From assembly GCA_000934665.2 (NCBI GenBank), contig JYFJ02002894.1, forward strand, positions 1 to 49,525: DNA of 49,525 nt, in the 5' to 3' direction. Position numbers and translations under genes: made by a program. Positions 13,101 through 23,473 of the stretch are shown one piece after another. Below the pieces are notes generated by a model. The model was not told where the DNA came from and did no database searches. It saw nothing but the letters and a program-made list of their open reading frames with translations. Positions within the stretch are counted from its first letter, which is position 1; every line of letters starts with the position of its first letter. The DNA comes from Catajapyx aquilonaris. Lineage: Eukaryota.

Positions 13101-16100
13101 CACACATTCTGATTTGCACCAATTCTATGTGCAAATGAGAGATTTCTCCTCTGAAGAACTTTATTTCAATACAGCACGTCATTTTCAGATGTATGTTTCT
13201 GTGGTGGTTGAAACTTGTGATCAAGGCTTGTGCAAAGTAGTTTTGATGCAAATGTAATTGGTCTAGAGTGACATAACCATGAAAAAGACAGGCAAGAATT
13301 TAAAATATTATTTTAAAATGAAAAGAATTTCTCAGCTGCCTGTTGACAACCACTGTAACTAATAGTTAAAGAAGAGTTAGACTTTTTCTATTCGCGGGGC
13401 AACCGGCATGGCCCTGCATGCAGGGCCCGTGAAAAAGGAATAGTGGGGAATCGCTACACTCCCAATGTTAATTTTTCCAACTTCATAACTCGCGATCAGG
13501 TTAATCGATTTCAAATCGGAAACAAGATTTACACTCCGCTCATCCCAGTTACCAACTTTAGATGGATAAACAACAACTAGGGCCATTACCAGGGTCACTA
13601 TCCGGGGTCAAAGTTCAAAAAAGTGCCGTTACATCGACAAGGATACAGCCAAAATGGTGCATCGTAGAGGGTCATACAATGTGTCATTAGAACCACAATG
13701 TTCCCAGGTGGTGCCCTTCTTCCTACCATCTTTTTTTTTAAAAAAACTTTACTTATTGAGTTAGATAGTGTCAGTTTTCCTATTACGATGGTGTTGGTTC
13801 GTTTGCTCCCCTCATCCAAGGCTGTACTGGCCTAGGATCAGTTAGCCTCATGGTCCGCAGAGCATATGTCATCAGTTCTTTCTGTAGTAAGTGCATACCA
13901 ACATGTGCATTTGCTATGGCATTTGCGTTGTTCTGTCTGGCGTGTGCCATCCAGGATACATCAGAGTTCCTTTCAGCCAATTACATTCAGTTTAATACCT
14001 ACCCTCTTATCTCAAAAATGCCTCCCAGGTCATAAAAATTCGGCGGTAAAGTCTCAACACCATAGAATCAGCGTCGCAGCATCGAGAAGTAACTGTCACT
14101 ATGCCATATCTGACACTTCAGTGCCCTCGAAAAGCACGGTCACTGGGCATACTCCACTACAAGAAGAGTTTCTCTGTAACATCAATCAGGCCACTAATCA
14201 CCATTGCGAGGTTTGTGACCGCATGATGTACAAAAATGGGTCACAGGAGAATAATTGCTGTTACAAGTGCAATGCTACAAATGCTCGAAAATGTGGCAAA
14301 CGACTACCCGTATGACATCAAGTATATTCTGATTCCAAGGGTTGACGATCAAATTGGCCTGAGTCAACGGTGCTATAACAGCATCAGGTGCAAAAATCCT
14401 CGCATACCGCCTTGCTCAAAAAAATGGAGAGTACGTCCCCTACCCTCCCGATGTGCTTGACCTTTTGTCCGCGGTCAAAGTGAGACTTATCAGTCGTGTT
14501 AGCCCCTTCCTCAAGATATTCCATTTGAACAAGGGCAGGGGTCAGTTAGGTCTCAGGGGAGGTGTCATTCATTTCGCCCAGAATATTGAGGAGATCTACG
14601 AACAGCTGCCGACTGCAGACTCTGGAACCATTGTTGTGTCAGAGTCTGTGGAGAACGTGATCCAGTCTTCAATGTGCCAGTTGCACCCAGCTTTTCTGCA
14701 CGCTGCGTTCCTATGGCTGGTCGCAAACAACGATCTCAACAGTAATGTTACCATTGACGAGCTGCGTCTTCGCCGTGTACGAGTCGACGACATCCTGTTG
14801 ACACCTCAGATAATAAATGATAATAATGATAAAAATAATTAAATAAAACAGGCAGGTAAAACTGCCGAAAACTATTCTACCTCTGGGTCAGATCAAAAGT
14901 AAGAAACAAGTCCATTGGTTGGGGTTGGTCCGTCTCATGGGGATGGGTGAAATTCAATTGAATTTAAAATATTCGAGACTTGGGGTCTGGATTAGGCGAC
15001 CCCAAGTCTTGAATATTTTAAATCACAATTGAATTTCACCCATCCCCATGAGACGGACCAACCCCAACCAATAGACTTGTTTCTTACTTTTGATCTGACC
15101 CAGAGGAAGAATAGTTTCCAGCAGTTTTACATGCCTGCTTTATTTTTATAGATTGTTACATAACTAATGACTGTTGCTTTTTTGGCAGCTGTTGAGCGTG
15201 TTCACTGTGGCAACCGCCATATTTGATGTGTACTGCCTAGCAGAGGCTGCCCCTGGAAGTAAACACTATGGCTACTACATCATAAGCTTCGAGTTTGTTT
15301 ATGCTGGAAACCCACATGGTCAGTATTTACTCAGATGTTACAATAAGAATGTTGCCGCTAGCAGTTCATATGAATTTGTCAACTTAATGGCCCGTTTCCA
15401 AAGAAGCTTCAGCTTGAAAAAGTGAGCTCTGGAGCTCACCTTAGCCAGTGCTTCACAGCTAGCACCCTCAGACCGGTTTCCAAAGAAGCTTTGGCTTTCC
15501 AGCTCGTGCCAGCTTGTGAAAACCAAGATGGCGATCGCAATGGAGTGGAGGAGTTTGCTCTTTAGGCTCAATGACCTTGAGCCTAAAGAGCAAACTCCTC
15601 CACTCGTTTGAGGTTGCTAATCAGTCTGTCTCTCCTCGCTGCCTCCCCTGCATCGGCAGGGCCCTCTGCTCGAGCAGCTCCTTCCATGACCTTCGACAGG
15701 TCATCTTTTTTTCTCTCTCCTCTCTCTCCTTCCTCACTATGCCCTGGCCTCCCCACCCTGCGTCATCACCCCACCCCTAGCCACCTCCCCACCGAGATTG
15801 TCCCACGTGACCCCAGGAGCTGCTCCAGATTGGTCAGAAAGACACTCAAGCTCCAGCTTGAATATCGTCTCGTGCTCGATGTTCAAGGCAAGCTGAATAG
15901 GAGAGCTAAAATATCTACCCAGCGCTAGAAACGTGTTGCAGCTGGAGCTAGAGCGAGCGCCAAAGCGCACTTTTTCAAGCTGAAGCTTCTTTGGAAACGG
16001 GCCTTAAGCCTCCGTCTCTTGTTGTAAGGAAATTGTGCATGCATGAAAATGGGAAGTTATTTTAGTTGTTCGTGGACAGGGTTAAACCGTCCAATGTGCC

Positions 16101-16112
16101 ATTTTCAATAAC

Positions 16113-16163
<51 letters not shown>

Positions 16164-19100
16164 CGTTTATTACTCCTTGGGGAAAATCCCATTACAGGAG
16201 GGGGGGAAGCGCCACAAACACAAGTGTTAAGTTGCTCTCCGTATGCCATTTTTAATACTGCTTAGGTCAGTGGTTTCCAACTGCGACCCCCCTGCCGCCC
16301 CCCCCCCCCTCCAACAACTGCCGCCTATCCAGAAAACATACACTCTGTAATGCCGCAAAAATGGTTCAATTGACACAGAAATTGCAAAAATAAAAGTAGA
16401 ACCAAGGCTTGCAACCCCCCGCCACCCTGCGCACGACCCCCCTGGGGGTCGCGACTCACTGGTTGGAAACTGCTGTCTTGGGTCATGACAGTCGATAATT
16501 ACCATATTGAAAGGAAAGAAATGGCAGAAAATGCATATGCAAAGTGGATGTGGCAAGATAGCCTAGAACCTGCCACATCTGAGGCTTACTGAGAGAGCTT
16601 ATTTGACCTACAATTTGAAGATAATTATTCAATATTGCATATAATATGTACCCAGGAGTCAAAAGTTAAATGTGAAAATTTAAGTTTAACAGAATCGATG
16701 CAGAGGTAATGTATTGCTTGTTTAACGAAGTTGATTGGGATGTAATACAGCGGCAACTTTGCTGTAACTAATAGTGTACTAGAGTATTTGCATGAAGTGA
16801 GTTTCATCTGAATTTTGTAGGTGTCAACTGTATATTATTTAGGAGGAGTAAAAACTGTGACTCTTTCTAAATAATAAACAGTTCCTTTCTTTTTTATATA
16901 CAGGGTGGACGGAAAGTTTCGGACCCCCCAGGTTTTTTAACCCTACTTTTCACAGCGTCTTTTCACATCTTTTAAAAGTCCGCAAGCAGTTCTAATGTAC
17001 ACTATCTTTTGAAGCATAATCTTGAGAACATCTGACCACCTTCTCTCTCGCAATTCCATTAATAACTTCGCCTCTGTGACTCATCTAAACATCCTATCTG
17101 TTTTGCGTTTATTTTGCTTGTTGCCTTGGAGGACACATGGTCATATTCTGCGTCAGATAAGGTTTTTATGACCCTTTTCCATGAGTTCCCCTTCATGCAA
17201 ATGTTGTGAACTCACTCCTGACCTTATTTTTCGCATTGGTCCATAACCTGGTCCAATAAAAATTTGAAATGGGGGACCCGGATGCATTACTTTCGAATTG
17301 GTATACCATCACATTTGTCTCCATTTTTACTTTAAAATAATTTTTTGGTTGGAAAGGACAGTAAACAGTCCTTCCTTGGTAAATTAATCAACATGACACA
17401 TCCTTTCGTTCACGTCCTTTCGCACCAAAAAATTATTTTAAAGTAAAAATGGAGACAAATGTGATGGTACTAATTCGAAAGTAATGCATCTGGGACCGCC
17501 ATTTAATGCATTCCTTTTCAAATTTTTATTGGACCAGGTTATGGACCAATGCGAAAAATAAGGTCAGGAGTGAGTTCACAACATTTGCATGAAGGGGAAC
17601 TCATGGAAAAGGGTCATAAAAACATTATCTGATGCAGAATATGACCAGGGGTCCTCCAAGGCAACAAGCAAAATAAACGCAAAACAGATAGGATGTTTAG
17701 ATGAGTCACAGAGGCGAAGTTATTAATGGAATTGCGAGAGCGAAGGTGCTCAGATGTTCTCAAGATTATGCTTCAAAAGATAGTGTACATTAGAACTGCT
17801 TGTGGACTTTTAAAAGATGTGAAAAGATGCTGTGAAAAGTAGGGTTAAAAAACCTGGGGGGGTCCGAAACTTTCCGTCCACCCTGTACATTTTAATATTG
17901 AATCGATATTTTTTGTGAACTGTAAGATGGTCTTAGCTACACATTGTACTGAAATTGTGGCTGTAATGTCAAGATTGTCACATAGTAATGATTGCTTTTG
18001 GCTCATAACTTTGTATTCCAGTGCGCAACTGCCTGATAGTGTTTGCCCTGCTTACCCTTCTTGGAGGAGTGATTCTCTTTGTGACAAGCTGCATGCTGAT
18101 CCAGGCCCTCAGAAAGGAATACGAGCGCAACATTGTTCCCTGGCTGTACACGATGGCTGTCTTCACTGCTTGGAGATTGTTTGCATTCGTATTTGCATCA
18201 ATTGTCAATGATCTGATCTTTGGGTATCACGTTGCCATGTGCTTCTTGTGGATCCTCTTCGTCCTTCTCAATGCATACTCCTGGATACTTGTCTACTCCC
18301 TCTATGTGGAGCTGACTGATCTCACAAAGCTGGAAGATCTGGCTCATCTCAGGGTAAGTTTGCATTTAGACATGCTCTCTGCTCCAACTTATGTAATGTT
18401 TTCTCACATTTTTTGGAAAAGAAATTAAGGATGAAAATTTAGCTACGTGAAAATTGATGCCAATCAGTGTCTTGTGAGCTTATAAATGGACCCTTCATGG
18501 AAGCGTTATATGCGCAATTAAATTAGTGCCATGTTGAGTCAATTTAAGAGTACTGCTTGTCAGTGCCAAAGGTAATGATTTAATGCTACATCTACGAGGT
18601 CTGTTCGAAAGTTTTGCCTCTGGATAATTTAAATAATAGGCAAGATACTCACATAAAGCATATGTCTGGTGAAAGCTTGGAATGGCCTATACCAGAGGGT
18701 GTCATTACTTTTCCACATAGTCACTATCTCTATCAACATGCATGTGTCAAAGTCGGACCAGTTGTTGCATCTCGTCGTAGAAGATATCAGGAGTCTTCTG
18801 GCACCTGCAATGCACATCTGGTTGCACCTCTGCATCACTGGTGTAATTGTGTCCCTTTCAGCTTCATGAAAGGGAAAAAGGCACACGGTGAGAGATCCAG
18901 CTGTATGGCTTCTGAAGTTGCAATGCATCCTGCGTTTGTCGACTTGTGCATAGACCAGCATTGTTATGGTGTAGGATTGTCATACAGCCCGGATCTCGCA
19001 CTTTGCGACTTTTTCATTTTCACGAAGCTGGAAAAACACTCAACGGGACACCATTAAGCCAGAGATGCAGAAGTGCAACCAGATGTGCATTGCTGATGCC

Positions 19101-19776
19101 AGAAGAAGACTCCTGATATCTTCTACGATGGGATGCAACAACTGGTCTGACTTTGGCACATGCTTGGGGATAGGGATGGTGACTATGTGGAAAAGTAATG
19201 ACCCTCTGTTAGAGGACATTCCAAGCTTTCACCAAACATACAGTTTATGTGAGTATCTTGCATAGTATTGAAATTATCACATAGGAGGCAAAACTTTTCA
19301 AACCGACCTCGTACATCTAGTCTAGGTTAAATCTAGGTGAGGGAGGGTAGAACAGATGGAGAAAGAGACAGCAAATTAAATTGATTCTCATAAAATCTCT
19401 ATGTAAAATTAGAGACTAGATCTTTTATCTGTCTTTTGCTTTCCATTTTTCTCGAGAATGTGTACAACATATTTAAGAAACTTTTCAATTGGCACTTACA
19501 TGATCAGTACGCATGTGCATACTTATCCTGTGGCATCATGTAACATGTATGCAAAATTTCTTACTGCTTACCTAGAGGAAGGCAGCTGAACAGTCGGTGA
19601 GAGTACGATCTAGATTTCACTTCATAACGTAAATTCATGTGAAATATTGTAATGGACTGCAATTTGCATTTAAATTTCAGATGGGAACCATGACATCACT
19701 GAATGCATCCATGTCTGTGTCTGGATCCCAACCTACAACACCAAAGAGTACAACTTCCACTATGCCTGTGGGCTAA
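10144..19776 (+). CDS. pasi2: Pasiflora 2, tetraspan septate-junction protein (254 aa)
   Basis: Exons 10144-10350, 15189-15318, 18022-18353 and 19681-19776, all GT-AG with compatible phases. The joined protein has PWY.KP...DIQRGA, AAPGSKHYGYYIISFEFVYAGNPHVRN, ALRKEYER, DLTKLEDLAHLRMGTM and terminal STMPVG, matching Drosophila Pasi2 as recalled. Confidence 0.92.
10467..10718 (+). mobile_element. tRNA-derived SINE, family B, probably internally deleted
   Basis: A-box TGGTGGTCTAGTGG and A-rich tail acaaaaaacaaaacaaaa. 13-bp TSD AGCATCAAGTAGG at 10454-10466 and 10719-10731. No clear B-box. Confidence 0.7.
10898..11386 (-). mobile_element. pogo/Tc2-group deletion derivative retaining the transposase C-terminus
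   Basis: TIRs CCGTATTTACGCGCA and TGCGCGTAAATACGG with TA TSD. Minus strand ~11220-11050 reads CWVKSAWDNLNPEIITRSFKECCLSNELDSTEDDLLW plus an acidic tail, the typical end of pogo/POGK-like transposases. Confidence 0.85.
11666..12436. mobile_element. mariner-like fold-back MITE with ~290-bp inverted arms
   Basis: TA-TGTGGGCTGATT ... AATCAACCCACG-TA termini. 11666-11960 and 12145-12436 are diverged reverse complements. Confidence 0.75.
12548..12761. mobile_element. PIF/Harbinger-type MITE
   Basis: TIRs AGGCCGGTATC and GATACCGGCCT with a 3-bp TAA TSD on both sides. Confidence 0.7.
14140..14842 (+). pseudogene. Frameshifted Helitron2/Helentron Rep-helicase N-terminal fragment (DUF6570-like)
   Basis: Three consecutive frames give CEVCDRMMYK ... 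QRCYNSIRCKNPRIP ... LLSAVKVRLISRVSPFLKIFHL..GQLGLRGGVIHF...LP ... AFLWLVANNDL...ID, the pattern of the region upstream of Rep in Helitron proteins. Confidence 0.65.
14841..15147. repeat. Near-perfect ~145-bp inverted repeat with a 10-nt loop (MITE-like hairpin)
   Basis: 14841-14987 pairs with 14998-15147; the loop is tggattaggc. Confidence 0.85.
15388..16004. mobile_element. PIF/Harbinger-type MITE
   Basis: 36-bp TIR GGCCCGTTTCCAAAGAAGCTTCAGCTTGAAAAAGTG and its exact complement at the right end, with TAA on both flanks. Confidence 0.8.
16107..16163. repeat. (AAT)n microsatellite
   Basis: Directly visible. Confidence 0.95.
16268..16475. mobile_element. hAT (Charlie-like) MITE
   Basis: TIRs CAGTGGTTTCCAAC and GTTGGAAACTGCTG. 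8-bp flanks gcttaggt and tcttgggt match at 6 of 8. Internal CGACCCC motifs. Confidence 0.7.
16901..17885. mobile_element. Tc1/mariner-type fold-back MITE with ~460-bp near-identical arms
   Basis: TA-CAGGGTGGACGGAAAGTTTCGGACCCCCC ... GGGGGGTCCGAAACTTTCCGTCCACCCTG-TA. The arms are complementary almost to the centre (~17360-17415 spacer). Confidence 0.92.
18595..19311 (+). mobile_element. mariner deletion derivative with ~240-bp inverted arms and a transposase remnant
   Basis: TA-CGAGGTCTGTTCGAAAGTTTTGCCTC ... GAGGCAAAACTTTTCAAACCGACCTCG-TA. Internal YSPDLALCDFFIFTKLEKH corresponds to the mariner YSPDLAPxD motif. Confidence 0.88.
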
Positions 19777-21559
19777 TGTGACTGGAAAAGTGCAGCTGTG
19801 CAAAAAAAATCTGCTTGCATGCTGCAGTCCATTTTACAATTGTATTGTTACAGTCAGCATTTAAAGTTCATATACTGCAGCAGACAGAATAAGAAATTGC
19901 CACCTGAAGAAAAAAAAAGCCGTCCTTGATTCCGTCCACTTTTATGAACAGTGTGGTTACAGTCTTGTTATTTTTATACCCATGCCAATAAGGGTTTGAG
20001 ATTTTATATTCTGCACACTTTTACTGACCTTTTATTTTTTTGTCCAGTGTCTTGTTTATATAACCATTGTATATGGGCATGTGAGCCACAATATAAGTAG
20101 TATTATTGCCAAGTCTTTTTCATGACCTTATATGTGACATTTACCACCCGGATACTTGTTTGGAGAACAAGAGTCATGTGACCTTGCACCTTGTGACATG
20201 TTGACATGGAGATTTATTACTCCCACCTGGCAGGCATCAATCTGCCACTTTTACCTACCTAATTAGCAGATGACTTGATCCTACTAATTGGTTACCCTTC
20301 TGGTTTTTTATTTGAATTTCCTCTTGTCACCTTGTCTTGCACAAAAAGAAGTGGAAAAACAGGTGTGTTCATTATAATAATCAAAAGTTGCTGAATACTG
20401 ATGTTTAAAAAAACCTCCTACAATAGGGCTAATTAAAAACTGTTAGTGACCGTAATAGAGCTAGTAATCCTGAGAGGTGCTATAATCCCTAAGAATATAC
20501 TCCAATTTTTTAGGACACAAAATATGTCTGCACATGCAGAAAATTTTCATTTAGCACAGATGAAAGCATGCAAGATCGAAAGATGCAAATTGGTTTAAAA
20601 TCCGTAAGAGTAGTTGACAGCAATCATCCAAGGAATTGGAGGAATCTAAAAAGTGATTGCCTGAAACATATAATACCATACACATGTTCTCCTTTTATTT
20701 AAGCATCTTGGCTGTAATGACTACAAGTCAGATAGTTATGTTTTCACATGTTTTGGTCCTGTGTATGCAGGAGAAAAAGATTTGCACAGGAGCATGAGTC
20801 ATAATATTGATGAACCTGATATGAGTGGCTTATTTGCTTGTGAATTAATATTTTGACAAACAGTGGCATATCTTTATTTAAGGATGATGTCTGTTGGGTG
20901 GATTTCTCTCATCCTGTCCTTGGCTAATCTCTGGGAATGGAGGCAATGACATCAGGCAGGAGTATTGATATACCAATGAAAGAATCTGCTACGGGAACAA
21001 ATAGTGAGAGGGAATGTTGATATAAATTGAGGAAGCCCTTTTGAAAATGTAACAATGCCTTGACGCTACAATGGTAGTTGTTGCAGAAGTGCTCTAGTCG
21101 CTGAGTTGCCCCTCTGAACGTGTGGGAGCAAGTTTATGGGTTGCCTGCCCCTTGGGTTCATCACAAGAGGTCTGCGGGCTAGCCTGGGGGTTGGGGTAAG
21201 AGGGATTATAATGGCCACAGACCTACCCAGTAGCTAGTCAAGAGGTGGCAGCAGGGCCAAGGCAGGAGTAGCAGTAGGGGAAGGAAGGCAGGCCAGGAGG
21301 AGATGGACCCTGGAGTTGATTTAGCTTTTGTAAACACGGTGCTTGCAAGAATACATATAGATGGGCCAGTGTATGTTATTGTATTTTGAGCCTAAGGGAG
21401 ATGGTGTGGAATCACAATGATGAGTTCACTAAATGTCAATAGTACTTTTCAAAATCGCAACCTCCCAGTTTCACTCAATTGTGTAATTCCGCCAGAATAT
21501 ATAATCACTTAAGCAAGTGCAAAAATGTGGGTCTGTGTTGGAGACAGAGAAAATCAAGG

Positions 21560-22000
21560 AGAGCACTGATCAAGTGCCTGCAGTAGAAGGCGACCCCAAA
21601 GAAGAATAAATTACTAGGGTATAATTATGTCAAAACATTGGGCGATGGTGCTCCTTCACACGTGATCATAAAAAGGTCTGCATGAGAATTTCAGATGCGG
21701 TGAGAGAGTTTGCTAGAACACCCTCCCAGGTGACCCAGCAAAATCTGCACCTAAGGCAAATGTGCACCACATTCACAACATCTGATGGCATACCCAATGG
21801 GCATCTCACATGGTACTGTGCAGTCCATCCTGAGGAAGACACTGGGGATGCAAAGGTATACAGCCACGAGAAACTATTATGCCAACCTCCTCCACCAGTT
21901 GCATGATGCAAGAAACTGAAATAATATGGAGAAGTCTCTCGAGAAGTGCTGCTTTTTCACAACAGTGCTTCTGCTCCCAATTCAATTGGTAACCATTAAA
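21560..22000 (+). pseudogene. Highly decayed Tc1/mariner transposase remnant (HTH region)
   Basis: From 21782 the sequence reads LMAYPMGISHGTVQSILRKTLGMQRY, like the GISxGTVxxIL...LG second HTH of mariner-family transposases. Boundaries are unclear. Confidence 0.45.
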
Positions 22001-22047
22001 CGTATCGTTCTGTGCTAGGCTCATGATATATTGCCTCAATGCTCATA

Positions 22048-22475
22048 CACTGTACTCCCGATTATATATCTGGGCTAATGACTGCACGGGTGTCGCCGGA
22101 TAATTAAAAAACACGGATAATCGGAAAAATTGTCCTAGAAACCGTAAAAATGAGCTGTTCGCAGGTTTTTAATGTACAATTGTACAGTGTATGCTGCTTG
22201 GTTTAATCAAAATAATAAAAGGTACCATAAATTTTTACTTTGTCTTCTAGAAAAAGTGTTATACTGTATTTATTCATTGGCAAGACATTGATAGTAGGTC
22301 AAATTTTCGTCCCACTGCTAGTTACTGCTAGCCTCATTTGCACTGGTACTGCTAAGTTAGCAGTATCTAGCAGTGGGACAAAAACTCTACCTATTTTTTC
22401 TCAGACTTTCATTTTTTTTAAACAAATTTTGGCGGTGCAAGGATAATCCGCACCCAGATAATCGGGAGTACAGTG
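22048..22475. mobile_element. pogo/Tigger-like MITE
   Basis: TA-CACTGTACTCCCGATTAT ... ATAATCGGGAGTACAGTG-TA, with subterminal GGATAAT repeats. Confidence 0.8.
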
Positions 22476-23473
22476 TATTTGCACTGCACTTATGTAATTG
22501 TGAAATAATATTTGAGAGCAGATTTAGTCAAATTTTGGATAATGTTTTCATGCATAATTAGGGTTTTTGTACAGAATAATTACCAGTACTTGGTATAACG
22601 TTTACCTAGAACGAGGGAAGGGGTAGGGATGAGTGTGAGAAGGAAAATATATTTCTGTCAAATGCAGGTACTGTAGGCTATTTGATAGGAAATCTCAATG
22701 GGGCTGAGACGGTTAACCTGTCAGTCTTACACTGTCACACATGTAATAATACTCGTATTTGGATAGGACCATGATGGGTCTAGGCACAACCCATGGGAAG
22801 TGCACCATCATCATAACTGTCACCCTGCTGCCTTTATAACCATATGTGTGCAAAAATGAAGAGAAGACAATACAGGTTTTGCCAGGACAAGTACTTGTAC
22901 ACTACAATAGATAGCTTATTTCTAAGGTAAGATGTAGTCATAGTCAATGAAAGTATATTTTCAATATCCTGCCTTCATCCAGGATACTAGCTTTACCCAG
23001 ACATACAAGTACAAATGTATGCTATAATTATCATGGTGATGTCATTACTTACAAAATCACTTGCTGCAGTATAGTCACAAGAAAAATGGATTTATTGTCA
23101 TCTTTTATGCTTTTACATTGTGATAAACCTGGAATCATAAGATATTTTGATACAATCATGTGGGCCATTTTGAAGGTCACATGAATCTCAGTGGACTGAA
23201 GGTTGGGAAATGCTACTGGTGGTTGTGTGCAGGAACTTGAAAGAATTCAACCAACGATTCAACCACTTACCAGTATGACTGTGTTCATCCCAAGGGTTGT
23301 CGTAGTTTGGATTGCAGCTGTTCAAAGGGAATTATTTCCAAAGTGAGATGGAATACCAAAAATATTGTATTTATCTCAAAAAGCCATTCATTTATTGCTG
23401 TCTTCAAAAAAACTTAATGCTGTACAGAGATCGTATTTACAATATTTACATACCCTAAACACACAGGAACAGT

